A stretch of 64,000 nucleotides of DNA from Candidatus Bathyarchaeota archaeon (GTDB taxonomy: Archaea > Thermoproteota > Bathyarchaeia > Bathyarchaeales > Bathycorpusculaceae), in NCBI GenBank assembly GCA_963733095.1, contig CAVTBV010000006.1:1-64000 (forward strand), in the 5' to 3' direction. The position numbers and the translations under genes were made by a program. Below the pieces are notes generated by a model. The model was not told where the DNA came from. It ran no database searches and was given only the letters and a program-made list of their open reading frames with translations. The number at the start of each line of letters is the position of its first letter. The stretch's first letter is position 1. This document shows, in pieces, positions 29,331-39,652 of this stretch.

Positions 29331-29816
29331 ATGGTTGATGCAATAGAAGAGGAACTGAGAAACTGGTTTTCTGGATCCAAAAAAATCGTTATAGCAGGAA
29401 TTGGAAACCCCATTCGATGTGACGATTATGTGGGCTTAAAAATCGTTGAAGTATTGCAGAACAAAGTTAAAGAAAATGTATGTTTACTTGAATGCGAGAC
29501 GGTTCCAGAGAGCTACCTCTTAGACATAAAAGAGTTCCATCCTACACATGTTCTATTGATTGATGCTGCCCTTTTGGATCTAAAGCCTGGGGAAGCCTGC
29601 CTTGCTGAAACAGAAAAAATCGTTGATTATCCATCAATTTCAAGTCATATGCTGCCTTTGAAGGTTTTCTGCGACTATATCAAAAAGGCTACGGGTGCAA
29701 AAATTGCCCTGTTGCTTGTTGAGCCGAAGTCTATGGAGTTTGGTGAGGGCTTAAGCGTTGAGGTTGAGGAGTCAGCTGAAAAGTTAGCAAAGTTGCTTGT
29801 TGAGTTGCTTGGTTAG
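29331..29816 (+). CDS. hycI: hydrogenase maturation endopeptidase
   Basis: GIGNPIRCDDYVG, ETVPE, IDAA, SSHMLP. Confidence 0.9.
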   Translation: MVDAIEEELRNWFSGSKKIVIAGIGNPIRCDDYVGLKIVEVLQNKVKENVCLLECETVPESYLLDIKEFHPTHVLLIDAALLDLKPGEACLAETEKIVDYPSISSHMLPLKVFCDYIKKATGAKIALLLVEPKSMEFGEGLSVEVEESAEKLAKLLVELLG

Positions 29817-30277
29817 GTTTCTTTTCTTTTGAAAACATAATTGACGCTGAGTTGTAGTTTACCTTTTGAAAAATCTGTTTCTTTTACTTCAATTTGGTCT
29901 TTGCAAAGCCAGTTTACAGTTATTTTTTCTTCCAAATCCTCTTTTTCGTAGAATCCCTTCCAGTTGAATTCAAGGGTCTTGTCATCTTTCCAGTTGCCCA
30001 CATGGTCGTGCGCTTCGCCTTGTGAGGTAACGCTGAAAAGATGCACTCTACCGCTGTCTTGGTCAAAACTCCAAAGGTCATTCTCCACGTAATCATCGTA
30101 GCCTTCGATGTGCATGTTCATTTCTGAGTTTATGCCAAGCTTGGACGGCGTTTCTTTGGCGGTCATCGTTCCGCAACCGGAAAGAACTTTGCCGTCGGAT
30201 GTTTTCATGGCTATTCCCACAACCCATTCGCCGATTAACTGTTCAAGCAACTTTTTTTCTCTGCTTTGTTGTGTCAT
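29813..30277 (-). CDS. hypothetical beta-barrel protein (DUF1579-like)
   Basis: LIGEW N-terminus, beta-strand rich. Confidence 0.65.
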   Translation of the reverse strand: MTQQSREKKLLEQLIGEWVVGIAMKTSDGKVLSGCGTMTAKETPSKLGINSEMNMHIEGYDDYVENDLWSFDQDSGRVHLFSVTSQGEAHDHVGNWKDDKTLEFNWKGFYEKEDLEEKITVNWLCKDQIEVKETDFSKGKLQLSVNYVFKRKET

Positions 30278-30429
30278 AAAATCAACCTTAAAAAACTAAG
30301 CATCCAACAGACGATTTAGGGTAATAAAGACTTGTGGTTGGTAGCTTGCAACAACGGAAAATTTGTCAAGGAAAAACTGTTAAAAACCGATTTAAGCGCA
30401 ATTGAAACATTAGACTTTGAGGAAAGCAG

Positions 30430-30993
30430 ATGATGAAACAAACTGAACAAATCGAAAACGTCACTTTCCAAGCCTTAGCACATCCAACCCGAAGAACAAT
30501 AATCAGGCTTATCCAAGCAAAAAACCAAGGAATATCATACACTGAACTCATCACCGAACTAGGAATGTCAACGGGAAAACTCAACTACCATCTGGAGCAG
30601 TTGAAGGGTCTAATCGAAAAAAACAGCAACCAACATTACATTTTAACTCCTTTCGGAAAAAAAGCCATCGAACACCTAAACCTGATAGAACAGAAAACCA
30701 GTTCTGAAGATGAAAAATACGTCAAAATCGCTGTTTTATCACAAAAAACCAGCCTTCAACCCATTGTGAAAGCGTTCCTAACGATTAGCATCTTGCTATC
30801 GGCTGTTTTAACTGCTGTATGGATTTTTCTAGCTTACGTATTCATAACTGAGGGTGCGCCATTCATAGTTTACCTTCTTATGCCAGTGTTGATTGCGGTT
30901 GGTTTTGGCATGCTTGGCACATTGGTGTATGCTTTAGTTAAGGCGCCTTCATGGGTTAAACGGTTTGAGCAACGATTCTTCGGCGAACCTTAA
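30430..30993 (+). CDS. ArsR-type winged-helix regulator with two C-terminal TMs
   Basis: FQALAHPTRRTII, GKLNYHL, LTPFG; hydrophobic C-terminus. Confidence 0.85.
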   Translation: MMKQTEQIENVTFQALAHPTRRTIIRLIQAKNQGISYTELITELGMSTGKLNYHLEQLKGLIEKNSNQHYILTPFGKKAIEHLNLIEQKTSSEDEKYVKIAVLSQKTSLQPIVKAFLTISILLSAVLTAVWIFLAYVFITEGAPFIVYLLMPVLIAVGFGMLGTLVYALVKAPSWVKRFEQRFFGEP

Positions 30994-31057
30994 CGCATCT
31001 CTTTTTTTTAAAAAATTAATTAGCTAGTTTTACGTAGTGTTGTATTGTGAATTAGTC

Positions 31058-31537
31058 ATGGCTGGAAAAGCAGTTATCATTATGGGTTCAGAGCGGGATT
31101 TAGATTTTTCCCGTGAAATCGCCAAGTACCTCAAACTTCTAGGCGTTAGCTATGTGTTTCGGGTTGCTTCTGCCCATAAGACTCCAGAGAAAGTGCTTGA
31201 AGTAGTCAAGGAATTCGAAACCGAAAAAGTCGTATACGTTACCGTTGCGGGACGCTCAAACGCGCTGAGCGCTTTCGTCGATGGTAATACAACAAAACCC
31301 GTTATCGCCTGTCCACCTTACAGTGAAAAATTCGGTGGAGCAGACATTTACTCTTCGCTTCGGGTTCCAAGCGGCATCGGCAGCGTTGTAACAATCGAGC
31401 CGGAAGGAGCAGCCATTGCAGCCGCAAAAATTCTTTCACTCCAAGACGCAGATGTTGAAGCAAACATAAAAGCTTACCAAGAAGGCAAACGCAAAGACCT
31501 CGACAAAGCCAACGAATCAGTAAAAAAACTCAAATAA
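31058..31537 (+). CDS. purE: AIR carboxylase (class II-like PurE)
   Basis: IIMGS..D, SAHKT, AGRSNALS, VIACPP, SSLRVPSG. Confidence 0.92.
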   Translation: MAGKAVIIMGSERDLDFSREIAKYLKLLGVSYVFRVASAHKTPEKVLEVVKEFETEKVVYVTVAGRSNALSAFVDGNTTKPVIACPPYSEKFGGADIYSSLRVPSGIGSVVTIEPEGAAIAAAKILSLQDADVEANIKAYQEGKRKDLDKANESVKKLK

Positions 31538-31784
31538 CTACAAATTTTCAACATTCTAATGGCTTGGGAAAACGCCAATAACGGCCTCCTCTTAAGATAA
31601 TTATCCTGCCCCTCTATCTTTTCTGCAATGAGTTTCTAATTGAATCCGAACGTGGTCATTCATCCAACAAGTGTTTGTAGCACACTAACTGAAACGCGAT
31701 ATTTGCTCTGTTTTTAACTCAAATAGCAGATAAAGCGATATAAGCACAAAAACAATAATTACCAAACAATTTGAGGTAACCACA

Positions 31785-32843
31785 ATGGGCAGCGTAAAAG
31801 ACCTACAAATTATCCAGAAGCCAACCCAAACAGCCATGGGGGTTGGCAGATTCATCTTTTCTGATCGTTACAGCGTTTTTGACTGGGGCGAGATGCCTGA
31901 CCATATCGAGGGTAAGGGTGCTGCTCTCTGCCTTATGGGCGCTTACTGTTTTGAGCAGTTGGAGAAGATTGGGGTTGAAACTCATTACAGGGGCTTAGTG
32001 AACGAAAAGGGCAAAGCAGTTAAAGTCAAGGAGTCGAAGGCGCCTTCCTGCATTATGGAAGTGGCTTTAGTCAAAGTTTACAAACCTCAAACAACCGTTG
32101 CTAACGGCAAAATAATGCATGACTACAGCATGTACACATCGGTGCTGAAAAACTGTTTAATCCCTCTTGAAATCATATACCGTAATGGGTTGCCCGACGG
32201 CTCATCGGTTTTCAAACGCCTCGCTCAGGGAAAAATTACCCTACAAGACCTCGGCTTAGACCACTATCCTGGGCCAGGCGAAAAACTTACCAAGCCAATC
32301 TTTGATGTCAGCACAAAGCTCGAAGAAACCGACCGTTACGTGAAATGGGCTGAAGCACAGAATATCGCTGGCTTAACCGACCAAGAATTATCCGAAGTTA
32401 AAGCGGTGTTGCTCAAAGCAGACGAAACCATAACTAAGGCTGCGTCAAATGCAGGGTTGAAGAATGAGGATGGCAAAATCGAGTTAGCCTTCGACGATGA
32501 ACGAAAACTCATGGTCGTTGATGTTCTTGGAACTCTAGATGAATGCCGCTTCACTTACGACGGCGTACACGTAAGCAAGGAAGTCGCGAGGCAATTCTAC
32601 AAAAACACCAGTTGGTACAGCGATTTGGAGCAGGCAAAGAAAGAAGCCGAAGCCAAAGGCATCCAAGAATGGAAAGCGCTCTGCAAGTCGCAGCCTCCAA
32701 AACTTGACCCCAAACTTAAAACAATAATAAGCCAAATGTACATGGCGGCAGCAAACGAGATGACCAACATTAAACTGTTCGATACTCCAAACCTTGCCAA
32801 GGTAATTGATGATTACAAAACGTACATGAGTGAGCGAGTATGA
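31785..32843 (+). CDS. purC: SAICAR synthetase
   Basis: MGSVKD, FSDRYSVFDWG, PLEIIYRN, STKLE, DGKIE, GTLDECR. Confidence 0.94.
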   Translation: MGSVKDLQIIQKPTQTAMGVGRFIFSDRYSVFDWGEMPDHIEGKGAALCLMGAYCFEQLEKIGVETHYRGLVNEKGKAVKVKESKAPSCIMEVALVKVYKPQTTVANGKIMHDYSMYTSVLKNCLIPLEIIYRNGLPDGSSVFKRLAQGKITLQDLGLDHYPGPGEKLTKPIFDVSTKLEETDRYVKWAEAQNIAGLTDQELSEVKAVLLKADETITKAASNAGLKNEDGKIELAFDDERKLMVVDVLGTLDECRFTYDGVHVSKEVARQFYKNTSWYSDLEQAKKEAEAKGIQEWKALCKSQPPKLDPKLKTIISQMYMAAANEMTNIKLFDTPNLAKVIDDYKTYMSERV

Positions 32844-33940
32844 TGATGAACGAGAAAATTAAAGAAACAATATCAAGGTATGATCCAAAGAAGATTCGCA
32901 TAGGCGTTTTAGGTTCACACTCTGCACTTGAGATTGCGTCAGGTGCCAAACAGGAAGGGTTTGAAACCGTAGTAGTTTGCCAAAAAGGCAGAGACAAAAC
33001 CTACACCAAATACTACAAAGGCGTCTTTGATTATGTTTTGATGCTTGACAAGTTCTCCCAGATAACCAGCCCTGAAAACGTAAAAAAACTCACCGATCTA
33101 AACACAGTTTTTGTTCCCAACCGCTCCTTCTCAGTCTACGCTGGCTACGAAGCAATCGAGAACCAGTTTGCCGTGCCAATGATGGGAAACCGCGCCATGC
33201 TCCGAAGTGAAGAACGCAACACCCCCAGGAACCAGCTCTACTTGCTCCAGCAAGCAGGAATCGCCACGCCAAAAACATTCAAGTCACCCCAAGATATCCA
33301 CCGCTTAGTCATCGTAAAAGTTGCCGAGAAAGAACGGGCAATCGAAAGAGCGTTCTTCTATCCTTCAAACCCAGTTGAATTCAGCAAAATGGCAAGCGAC
33401 CGCATCGCACAAGGCATCATAACACAGGAAGCACTCGACCACGCCTTGATTGAAGAGTACGTTATCGGCGCTAAATTTAACGCTAACCTATTCTGGTCAC
33501 CGTTAACCGACGAAATCGACCTTTTAGGCTTTGACAGACGCATCCAAACTGACCTCGACGGCGTTTTGGATTTGCCAGCGAAGGAGCAGCTTGAGCTAAA
33601 CATTCCAACTCAGAACATCGAAATTGGACACATGGGTGCCACGATGAGGGAGAGCCAAATCGAGAAAATTTTTGAGGCAGCCGAAAAATTCGTTGAAACC
33701 TGCAAACGGGAGTATCCTCCGGGTATGATTGGCTTGTTTGCGTTACAGGGCGCTGTATCTAAGGATTTGGAGTTCTACGTTTTCGACGTTAGCCCACGCG
33801 TGCCAGGATGCCCCTGCGTTGAACCCACCTCACCCTACATGAAGTACAAGTACGGCATCGAAGTTGGACCTGGCAGACGCGTAGCCATGGAAATCAAACG
33901 TGCCCTCAAGGAAGGAAGACTCAGCGAAGTGGTCACATGA
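32840..33940 (+). CDS. purP: PurP-like ATP-grasp protein (copy lacking the GGRG loop)
   Basis: LGSHSAL, FVPNRS, EIGH, GRRVAMEIK. Confidence 0.88.
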   Translation: MMMNEKIKETISRYDPKKIRIGVLGSHSALEIASGAKQEGFETVVVCQKGRDKTYTKYYKGVFDYVLMLDKFSQITSPENVKKLTDLNTVFVPNRSFSVYAGYEAIENQFAVPMMGNRAMLRSEERNTPRNQLYLLQQAGIATPKTFKSPQDIHRLVIVKVAEKERAIERAFFYPSNPVEFSKMASDRIAQGIITQEALDHALIEEYVIGAKFNANLFWSPLTDEIDLLGFDRRIQTDLDGVLDLPAKEQLELNIPTQNIEIGHMGATMRESQIEKIFEAAEKFVETCKREYPPGMIGLFALQGAVSKDLEFYVFDVSPRVPGCPCVEPTSPYMKYKYGIEVGPGRRVAMEIKRALKEGRLSEVVT

Positions 33941-35022
33941 TAACCAACACTGAGATCGGTGGAATCATTGAAAAGTACGACCAGACTAAGATCGCAATCG
34001 GCACTTTGGGCTCTCATAGTTCGCTGAACATCTTCAAGGGCGCCAAAGAAGAGGGTTTTCGCACCGTCTGTATCTGTAAAGAAAAAGATGCCATAATGTA
34101 CCAGAAGTATCCGCTGGTTGACGAATTAATCATAGTTAAAGACTTCTCGGAATTGCTCAGCGAGAAGCTTCAGCAGCGATTGCGGGAGCTCAATGTGGTT
34201 TTGATTCCCCACGGCTCTTTCACCGCATACCTGAGCACTGAACAATTAACTGATAGCCTCATGGTGCCGATGTTCGGTAACCGTCAACTCTTGCATTGGG
34301 AAGCTAACCGCAAATCCCAGGAAGAATGGCTCCGCCAAGCTGGACTTCGTCTGCCCGCAACTTTTAAAACCCCTGAAGACATCGACCGCTTAATCATAGC
34401 TAAACTGCAGGGCGCCAAAGGCGGCAGAGGATACTTCCTCGCGAATTCCCCAAAGAATTTTTACAAACAATTCAACGAGATGGTTAAACGAGGCATGCTA
34501 ACACAAGAGGATCTGCCAAACATTCACCTGCAAGAATACGCCTTAGGCGTAAACGTTTACCCCAGTTACTTCAGCTCCATCATAGATGATGATGTGGAAA
34601 TGCTCTGCGTTGACCGACGATACGAATCAGCAGTGGACTCAATAGGCAAAATACCTGCATGCCAGCAACTCGAAATCGACATAAACCCCACCTACACAGT
34701 AATCGGAAACTTCCCCATTGTCCTCCGAGAATCACTATTGCCCGAAATCATACGCATGGGAGAAAACGTACACAAAAAAGCCCGCGAACTCGCGCCACCA
34801 GGAATCATCGGACCCTTCTGCCTTGAAACGGTAATCACCGACGAAGCAAAAATCTACACCTTCGAAATCTCTGCACGCATCGTCGCAGGCACAAACGTTG
34901 GCATCGGCACTTCACCCTACGCCTACCTAAAGTACGGCGAAAACATGTACATGGGCAGACGCATCGCAATGGAATTCAAGGAAGCCATAAAACACAAAAG
35001 AATACAAGACATCGTAGCCTAA
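33937..35022 (+). CDS. purP: FAICAR synthetase PurP
   Basis: GSHSSL, IPHGSF, GAKGGRGYF, GPFCLE, FEISARIVAGTN. Confidence 0.92.
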   Translation: MITNTEIGGIIEKYDQTKIAIGTLGSHSSLNIFKGAKEEGFRTVCICKEKDAIMYQKYPLVDELIIVKDFSELLSEKLQQRLRELNVVLIPHGSFTAYLSTEQLTDSLMVPMFGNRQLLHWEANRKSQEEWLRQAGLRLPATFKTPEDIDRLIIAKLQGAKGGRGYFLANSPKNFYKQFNEMVKRGMLTQEDLPNIHLQEYALGVNVYPSYFSSIIDDDVEMLCVDRRYESAVDSIGKIPACQQLEIDINPTYTVIGNFPIVLRESLLPEIIRMGENVHKKARELAPPGIIGPFCLETVITDEAKIYTFEISARIVAGTNVGIGTSPYAYLKYGENMYMGRRIAMEFKEAIKHKRIQDIVA

Positions 35023-35786
35023 AACTTTGGAAGGCACATTTCGAGTAATCCTTCAAAGTTTTCCCTGTTTTCATTCTGCTTAAAATTTTTTAAAACTGAA
35101 ATCAACTCTGACTTCTGTTTTAAACCGAACACTTCGCCAAGCATCTTTGCTGCCCTGCTGTTTCCCATAAAGAGAAACTGGCAAACCGAAGTAACATTAA
35201 TCACTCTTCGAACGATGCTTGCAGTCTCAAAATCCACGATGAAGGGTCTGTTCTCTTTATCCACCAGAAGGTGTTTGGGTGCTTTACTTATTTCCCCATG
35301 GTCCAAACCTGCTTCGTCCAGCCGCCAACACTGCTCTAAAATGTCAACCAAAACCTTGCGAATAACCCCTTTTTCTTTGTGAGTTTCAAGCCAATCCTCA
35401 AGCAAATCGCCATCAACAAGTTGGGATAACATAAAATTGTTGCTGACCCCTATGAATTTGGGGCCAACACCGTTAGCGTTGGCTTTCTGAAGCATTTCGG
35501 CTTCGTGCCTGAAGTCTGGTCGGTCAGCATCTACTCGACGCATCTTCAACGCCGCTCTTTTTCCAACTAAATGCGCAACCACTACAACACCCACATAGCC
35601 TTTGCCCAAAACAGGAATGTTCGAAGCAAACGTTTTTCCACTGAACTCAAGCGCTTCAACGCCAAGCTGCCGAAGCTCCTCTATTCGTACCTGCATTTCT
35701 GCGTTGTTTGCTCTTGGGTAACACACTACAGATGCGTAAGGCTCAGCGCCGAGGTTTTCCACGGACACTAATGCTGGTAGCTTCAC
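35019..35786 (-). CDS. RIO-like Ser/Thr protein kinase
   Basis: LGKGYVGVV, ALKMRR, LDHGEIS, IVDFETAS. Confidence 0.87.
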   Translation of the reverse strand: MKLPALVSVENLGAEPYASVVCYPRANNAEMQVRIEELRQLGVEALEFSGKTFASNIPVLGKGYVGVVVVAHLVGKRAALKMRRVDADRPDFRHEAEMLQKANANGVGPKFIGVSNNFMLSQLVDGDLLEDWLETHKEKGVIRKVLVDILEQCWRLDEAGLDHGEISKAPKHLLVDKENRPFIVDFETASIVRRVINVTSVCQFLFMGNSRAAKMLGEVFGLKQKSELISVLKNFKQNENRENFEGLLEMCLPKF

Positions 35787-35864
35787 TTCGAATCCTCTTA
35801 TGGCTATTGCATTGGAGTTAGTTAATTAAAGCTTAATTGGAGTTTTGTAAAGTAGTTTGGAGTC

Positions 35865-37484
35865 GTGGGCAAGGCGCAGGAGGCGAGCGAATTGAATTTA
35901 CCTGCTTGGGTTCGGTTTCGTTTGGGCAAGTGGCAACTGGTCATAGTTGCTTTTGCGTTAGTTTACGCTTTTCTTGTTACCTTAAACTTGGCTTATATTC
36001 CGTTGCAGTGGGATGAAGTGAACCATTTCAACGGGGCCCTCCTCTTAGTTCGGGGGCAGTTTTGGCAGTACGCAGCTATAAACTCGTTCTATCCGCCCTT
36101 GTACAACCTGGTGACCGCCGCCTACTTTGCCCTATCCGGTGCAAGCGTACTAGCTGGCAGGCTCGTGTCGGTAACGTTCTCGGTGCTGTCCATATTCTTC
36201 GTCTACAAAATTGCCAAAGAAATGTGCGGCGAAAAAACGGCGGTGCTCTCTGCTGTGTTGTTTGGGGTGATGCCTGGAATCGTTTGGCTTTCAGGATTGG
36301 CTCTAATTGAAATGATGTTGCTTTTTGTCTTCTGTGTTTCGACGCTGTTCTTTTTTAGGTGGCTGCAAACAGACCGAAAGTGGGATTTAACGTTAAGTCT
36401 TGTTGCGTTGGCAATTGGAGTAATGGTGAAGTACCAAATTATTGTCGTAGCACCCATGACAATGATTGTCAGTCTGCTTATTTTTGGGAAAAGCGAAAAC
36501 CTGAAAACCCAAGCAGCCGCGTTTATCCATTCAAAGCGTCTGTGGCTCGGTGTTTTGCTGGTTGCTCTGACTGCGGTTTTATTGTATGCTTTCTATGCGT
36601 CAGGGCTGTTGAATGTTTGGTTATACGCTATCCAAGTTGGCAACGCAGGTCAATCGTGGTACAGTAACCGTTTCTTTGCCCCAATTTTCTACCTACTGGA
36701 GATGGTGGTGCCGTACAACGATAAGCACCCGATTTCGCTGCTTCTTTACGGGTTAGGACTCGCAGGTTTAGCCTTCTTGGCATATAGGCGTAACCCGCAG
36801 GACAAGTTTTTGCTCGTCTGGTTTATAGTAATTTATGTTGTTTTCACTCTGATTCCTAATAGGCAGTGGCGGTATGTTACGCCCTTGTTTCCTGTGTTGG
36901 CGATTTCTGCCACAACGCTTGTAGCGTCAGTAATCGGCTATGCACATAAAACTTGGCAATCAGCAAAAAATAGTCTCACAAAAAAGCGCTTGGCAAAGTT
37001 TTCAGCGGCACTCTTGATAATTTTTGTAGCAGCAGGCGTTTTCTACAGTTCGTTGGATGCTTATAGTTGGGCGGCGCAGGGTCAACCTAAAATTCCCATC
37101 GCTCAAGCAACCGCATACGTTTCATCTGTAGCACAGACAAACCAATCGGTTTTAGTGCTTTGCGCGCATAATTTTTTCAACCGAGACATGGTTTGGTTTT
37201 ACCTAAACAGCAAAAGTGCAAGCCAAACGCAGGTTTACCAGTATCCAGCATTGGCTACTGATGCTTATGCGCCTGATTTTAACCTAACAGAACTGGTTAA
37301 CTTTTGCCAGTCGAATGGTACAGGCTATGTTATGCTCTACGAGTACGGCGGAACCATAACATACTTTGATAGCAGCTTGACTGAGCAAGTAGTCTATGGC
37401 ATGTTAAACAGCACTGGCAGATTCAGCTTGCAAGGAAGCTTTGGCGAAGCGCCTCAGCGAATCTTTGTAATGTCTTTCAAATAA
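35865..37484 (+). CDS. GT39/PMT-family membrane glycosyltransferase
   Basis: WDE, YPPLY, GRLVS, many TMs, RYVTP. Confidence 0.85.
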   Translation: MGKAQEASELNLPAWVRFRLGKWQLVIVAFALVYAFLVTLNLAYIPLQWDEVNHFNGALLLVRGQFWQYAAINSFYPPLYNLVTAAYFALSGASVLAGRLVSVTFSVLSIFFVYKIAKEMCGEKTAVLSAVLFGVMPGIVWLSGLALIEMMLLFVFCVSTLFFFRWLQTDRKWDLTLSLVALAIGVMVKYQIIVVAPMTMIVSLLIFGKSENLKTQAAAFIHSKRLWLGVLLVALTAVLLYAFYASGLLNVWLYAIQVGNAGQSWYSNRFFAPIFYLLEMVVPYNDKHPISLLLYGLGLAGLAFLAYRRNPQDKFLLVWFIVIYVVFTLIPNRQWRYVTPLFPVLAISATTLVASVIGYAHKTWQSAKNSLTKKRLAKFSAALLIIFVAAGVFYSSLDAYSWAAQGQPKIPIAQATAYVSSVAQTNQSVLVLCAHNFFNRDMVWFYLNSKSASQTQVYQYPALATDAYAPDFNLTELVNFCQSNGTGYVMLYEYGGTITYFDSSLTEQVVYGMLNSTGRFSLQGSFGEAPQRIFVMSFK

Positions 37485-37531
37485 CTAAAAAAGATAATAT
37501 GGACATAAGAGCATTCATAGCGGGTGAAGGT

Positions 37532-39652
37532 ATGCCGCGGTTCAAACAAATCGTTGAAATGCAACAGTTAATGGGCAGAAAAGAACTCATCAGAAATATA
37601 GGTATAATTGCGCACATTGACCACGGCAAAACCACGCTCGCCGATTCGCTTCTGGCTGGGGCCGGGTTGCTGTCGACGCGGATGGCTGGTACGGCAAGGG
37701 TGCTTGATTATTTGGAGGAAGAGCAGAAACGCAAAATCACCATAAAAACCGCCAACATCAGCCTTCTCTACAAAACCCCAAGCCACCCTTACATCATAAA
37801 CCTCGTTGACACTCCGGGACATGTGGATTTCACAGGCAAAGTCACAAGAGCCCTGCGCGTCATCGACGGCGCAGTTGTCGTGGTTGATGCTATCGAGGAA
37901 ATCATGGCGCAAACCGAAATCGTAACGCGACAAGCTCTCGAAGAACGAGTGCGCCCAGTACTATTCATCAACAAAGTTGACAAATTAATAGTCGAGCTGC
38001 AGCTAAACGAGGAACAAATCCAAAAAAAACTCGACCAAATAATCAACCGATTCAACGACCTCATCGAAACCTACGCGGAACCACAATTCAAAAGCCAATG
38101 GAAAATCAGCCCTTCAATGGGTAACGTTGCTTTTGGTTCAGCTCTGCACGGTTGGGGCTTCACCATGAACATGGCAAAGGAGCATGGAACAAAGTTTTCA
38201 GAAATAACCAAAGCATACGCCAGCCATCAGGAGGCGAAACTGCAGGCAACTTTGCCTGTGTATGAAGCTGTTTTTGAAATGGCAATTAATGTGGTTCCAA
38301 ACCCGCGGGAAGCACAAGCGTACCGCACCGAGAAGGTTTGGGATGGACAAATTAGCTCTAAAATTGGCAAGGCACTTGTTGAATGTAGCGATGTTGCACC
38401 ATTAATCATGTATGTAACAAATGTGCATTCTGCCCCAAACAACGACACGCTGGCAACTGGAAGAGTGTTCTCTGGCAAAGCCAAGAAAGGCGTCAAATTG
38501 CATTTGGTAGATGCCCTCTCTGAAACCGAAATTAAAGAAGTCTCCATCGACATGGGCGCATTGCGCGAAGAAGTCAGCGAAGTTTCTGCTGGCAGTTTAG
38601 CCTCTTTTACTTTGAGTGGGCACGTTCAGGCTGGCGAAACGTTGGTTGATTTAGCCCATAAGGAAGGCATGGTGCCCTTCGAGGGAATCTGCTATGTTTC
38701 CGAGCCAGTTGTAACCTTGGCAGTCGAACCCAAAAATCCTCAAGAAATTCCGCTCTTGCTTGGCGCGCTCGAAAGGATTGCTGGAGAAGATCCTAACCTC
38801 AAAGTAGCAACGGACAAGCAGACTGGAGAGTACCTGCTTAGCGGCATGGGAGAGTTGCACTTGGAAATAGCCACCAACCAGCTAAAGAGAATCGGCATAA
38901 ACATAACTGTTTCTTCGCCAAGAGTTGTCTACATCGAAAGCGTCCAGAAAAAAGGCGCCATTGCTCTAGCAAAAAGTTCTAACAAACAGAACAGTTTTTG
39001 GGTGCAGGTTATGCCAGAAACAGAAGAAAATGAACATCGGGCTGATGCGGATTCATGCAATATTATTTCGTTGGATGAGCATCGGAACGTGCTTTTGGAT
39101 TGCGGCGGAAAAACCGAAGCAGTCTCCGAAGAAGCCTTGGAAGCGATTATCGTCGGGTTTGAATATGCTTGTAGGGCAGGTCCATTATGCGGTGAACCCG
39201 TACGTCGTCTGAAGGTTAACATAGTGGATTTGCAAACCTCTGGCGGCGAAGGTGAAGGTTCAGAAATCATGCACGCAGTAGGCAAAGCAGTCTTCGGTAG
39301 CTTCCTAACCGCCGACCCCGTGCTGCTTGAACCCATCTACAAAATAATAATATCCGTTGCCTCCGAACTATCTGGCGAATGCTCAAGAATGCTTAGCATG
39401 AGACGCGGGAAAGTCACATTATTTGAGCACAAAGGTCTCCTCAACATAATCAGCGGCTACATCCCCGTATCCGAAACCTTCGATTTCTCAAGAGAAATTC
39501 GCTCAGCCACTTCTGGCAGGGCATTTTGGCAAACCTTCTTTGACCACTGGGAAAAAATGCCCCAAAAACTTGCTTTGCAAGTAGTCGCTGATTTGCGGCG
39601 GCGAAAGGGTCTTGCAGTGGAGATTCCTAAGCCCGAAAAATTCATGGAGTAA
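37532..39652 (+). CDS. elongation factor 2 paralog (aEF-2p) lacking the diphthamide motif
   Basis: AHIDHGKTT, DTPGHVDF, NKVD, GMGELHLE, GPLCGEP; HRG loop replaced by TSGGEGEG. Confidence 0.88.
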   Translation: MPRFKQIVEMQQLMGRKELIRNIGIIAHIDHGKTTLADSLLAGAGLLSTRMAGTARVLDYLEEEQKRKITIKTANISLLYKTPSHPYIINLVDTPGHVDFTGKVTRALRVIDGAVVVVDAIEEIMAQTEIVTRQALEERVRPVLFINKVDKLIVELQLNEEQIQKKLDQIINRFNDLIETYAEPQFKSQWKISPSMGNVAFGSALHGWGFTMNMAKEHGTKFSEITKAYASHQEAKLQATLPVYEAVFEMAINVVPNPREAQAYRTEKVWDGQISSKIGKALVECSDVAPLIMYVTNVHSAPNNDTLATGRVFSGKAKKGVKLHLVDALSETEIKEVSIDMGALREEVSEVSAGSLASFTLSGHVQAGETLVDLAHKEGMVPFEGICYVSEPVVTLAVEPKNPQEIPLLLGALERIAGEDPNLKVATDKQTGEYLLSGMGELHLEIATNQLKRIGINITVSSPRVVYIESVQKKGAIALAKSSNKQNSFWVQVMPETEENEHRADADSCNIISLDEHRNVLLDCGGKTEAVSEEALEAIIVGFEYACRAGPLCGEPVRRLKVNIVDLQTSGGEGEGSEIMHAVGKAVFGSFLTADPVLLEPIYKIIISVASELSGECSRMLSMRRGKVTLFEHKGLLNIISGYIPVSETFDFSREIRSATSGRAFWQTFFDHWEKMPQKLALQVVADLRRRKGLAVEIPKPEKFME

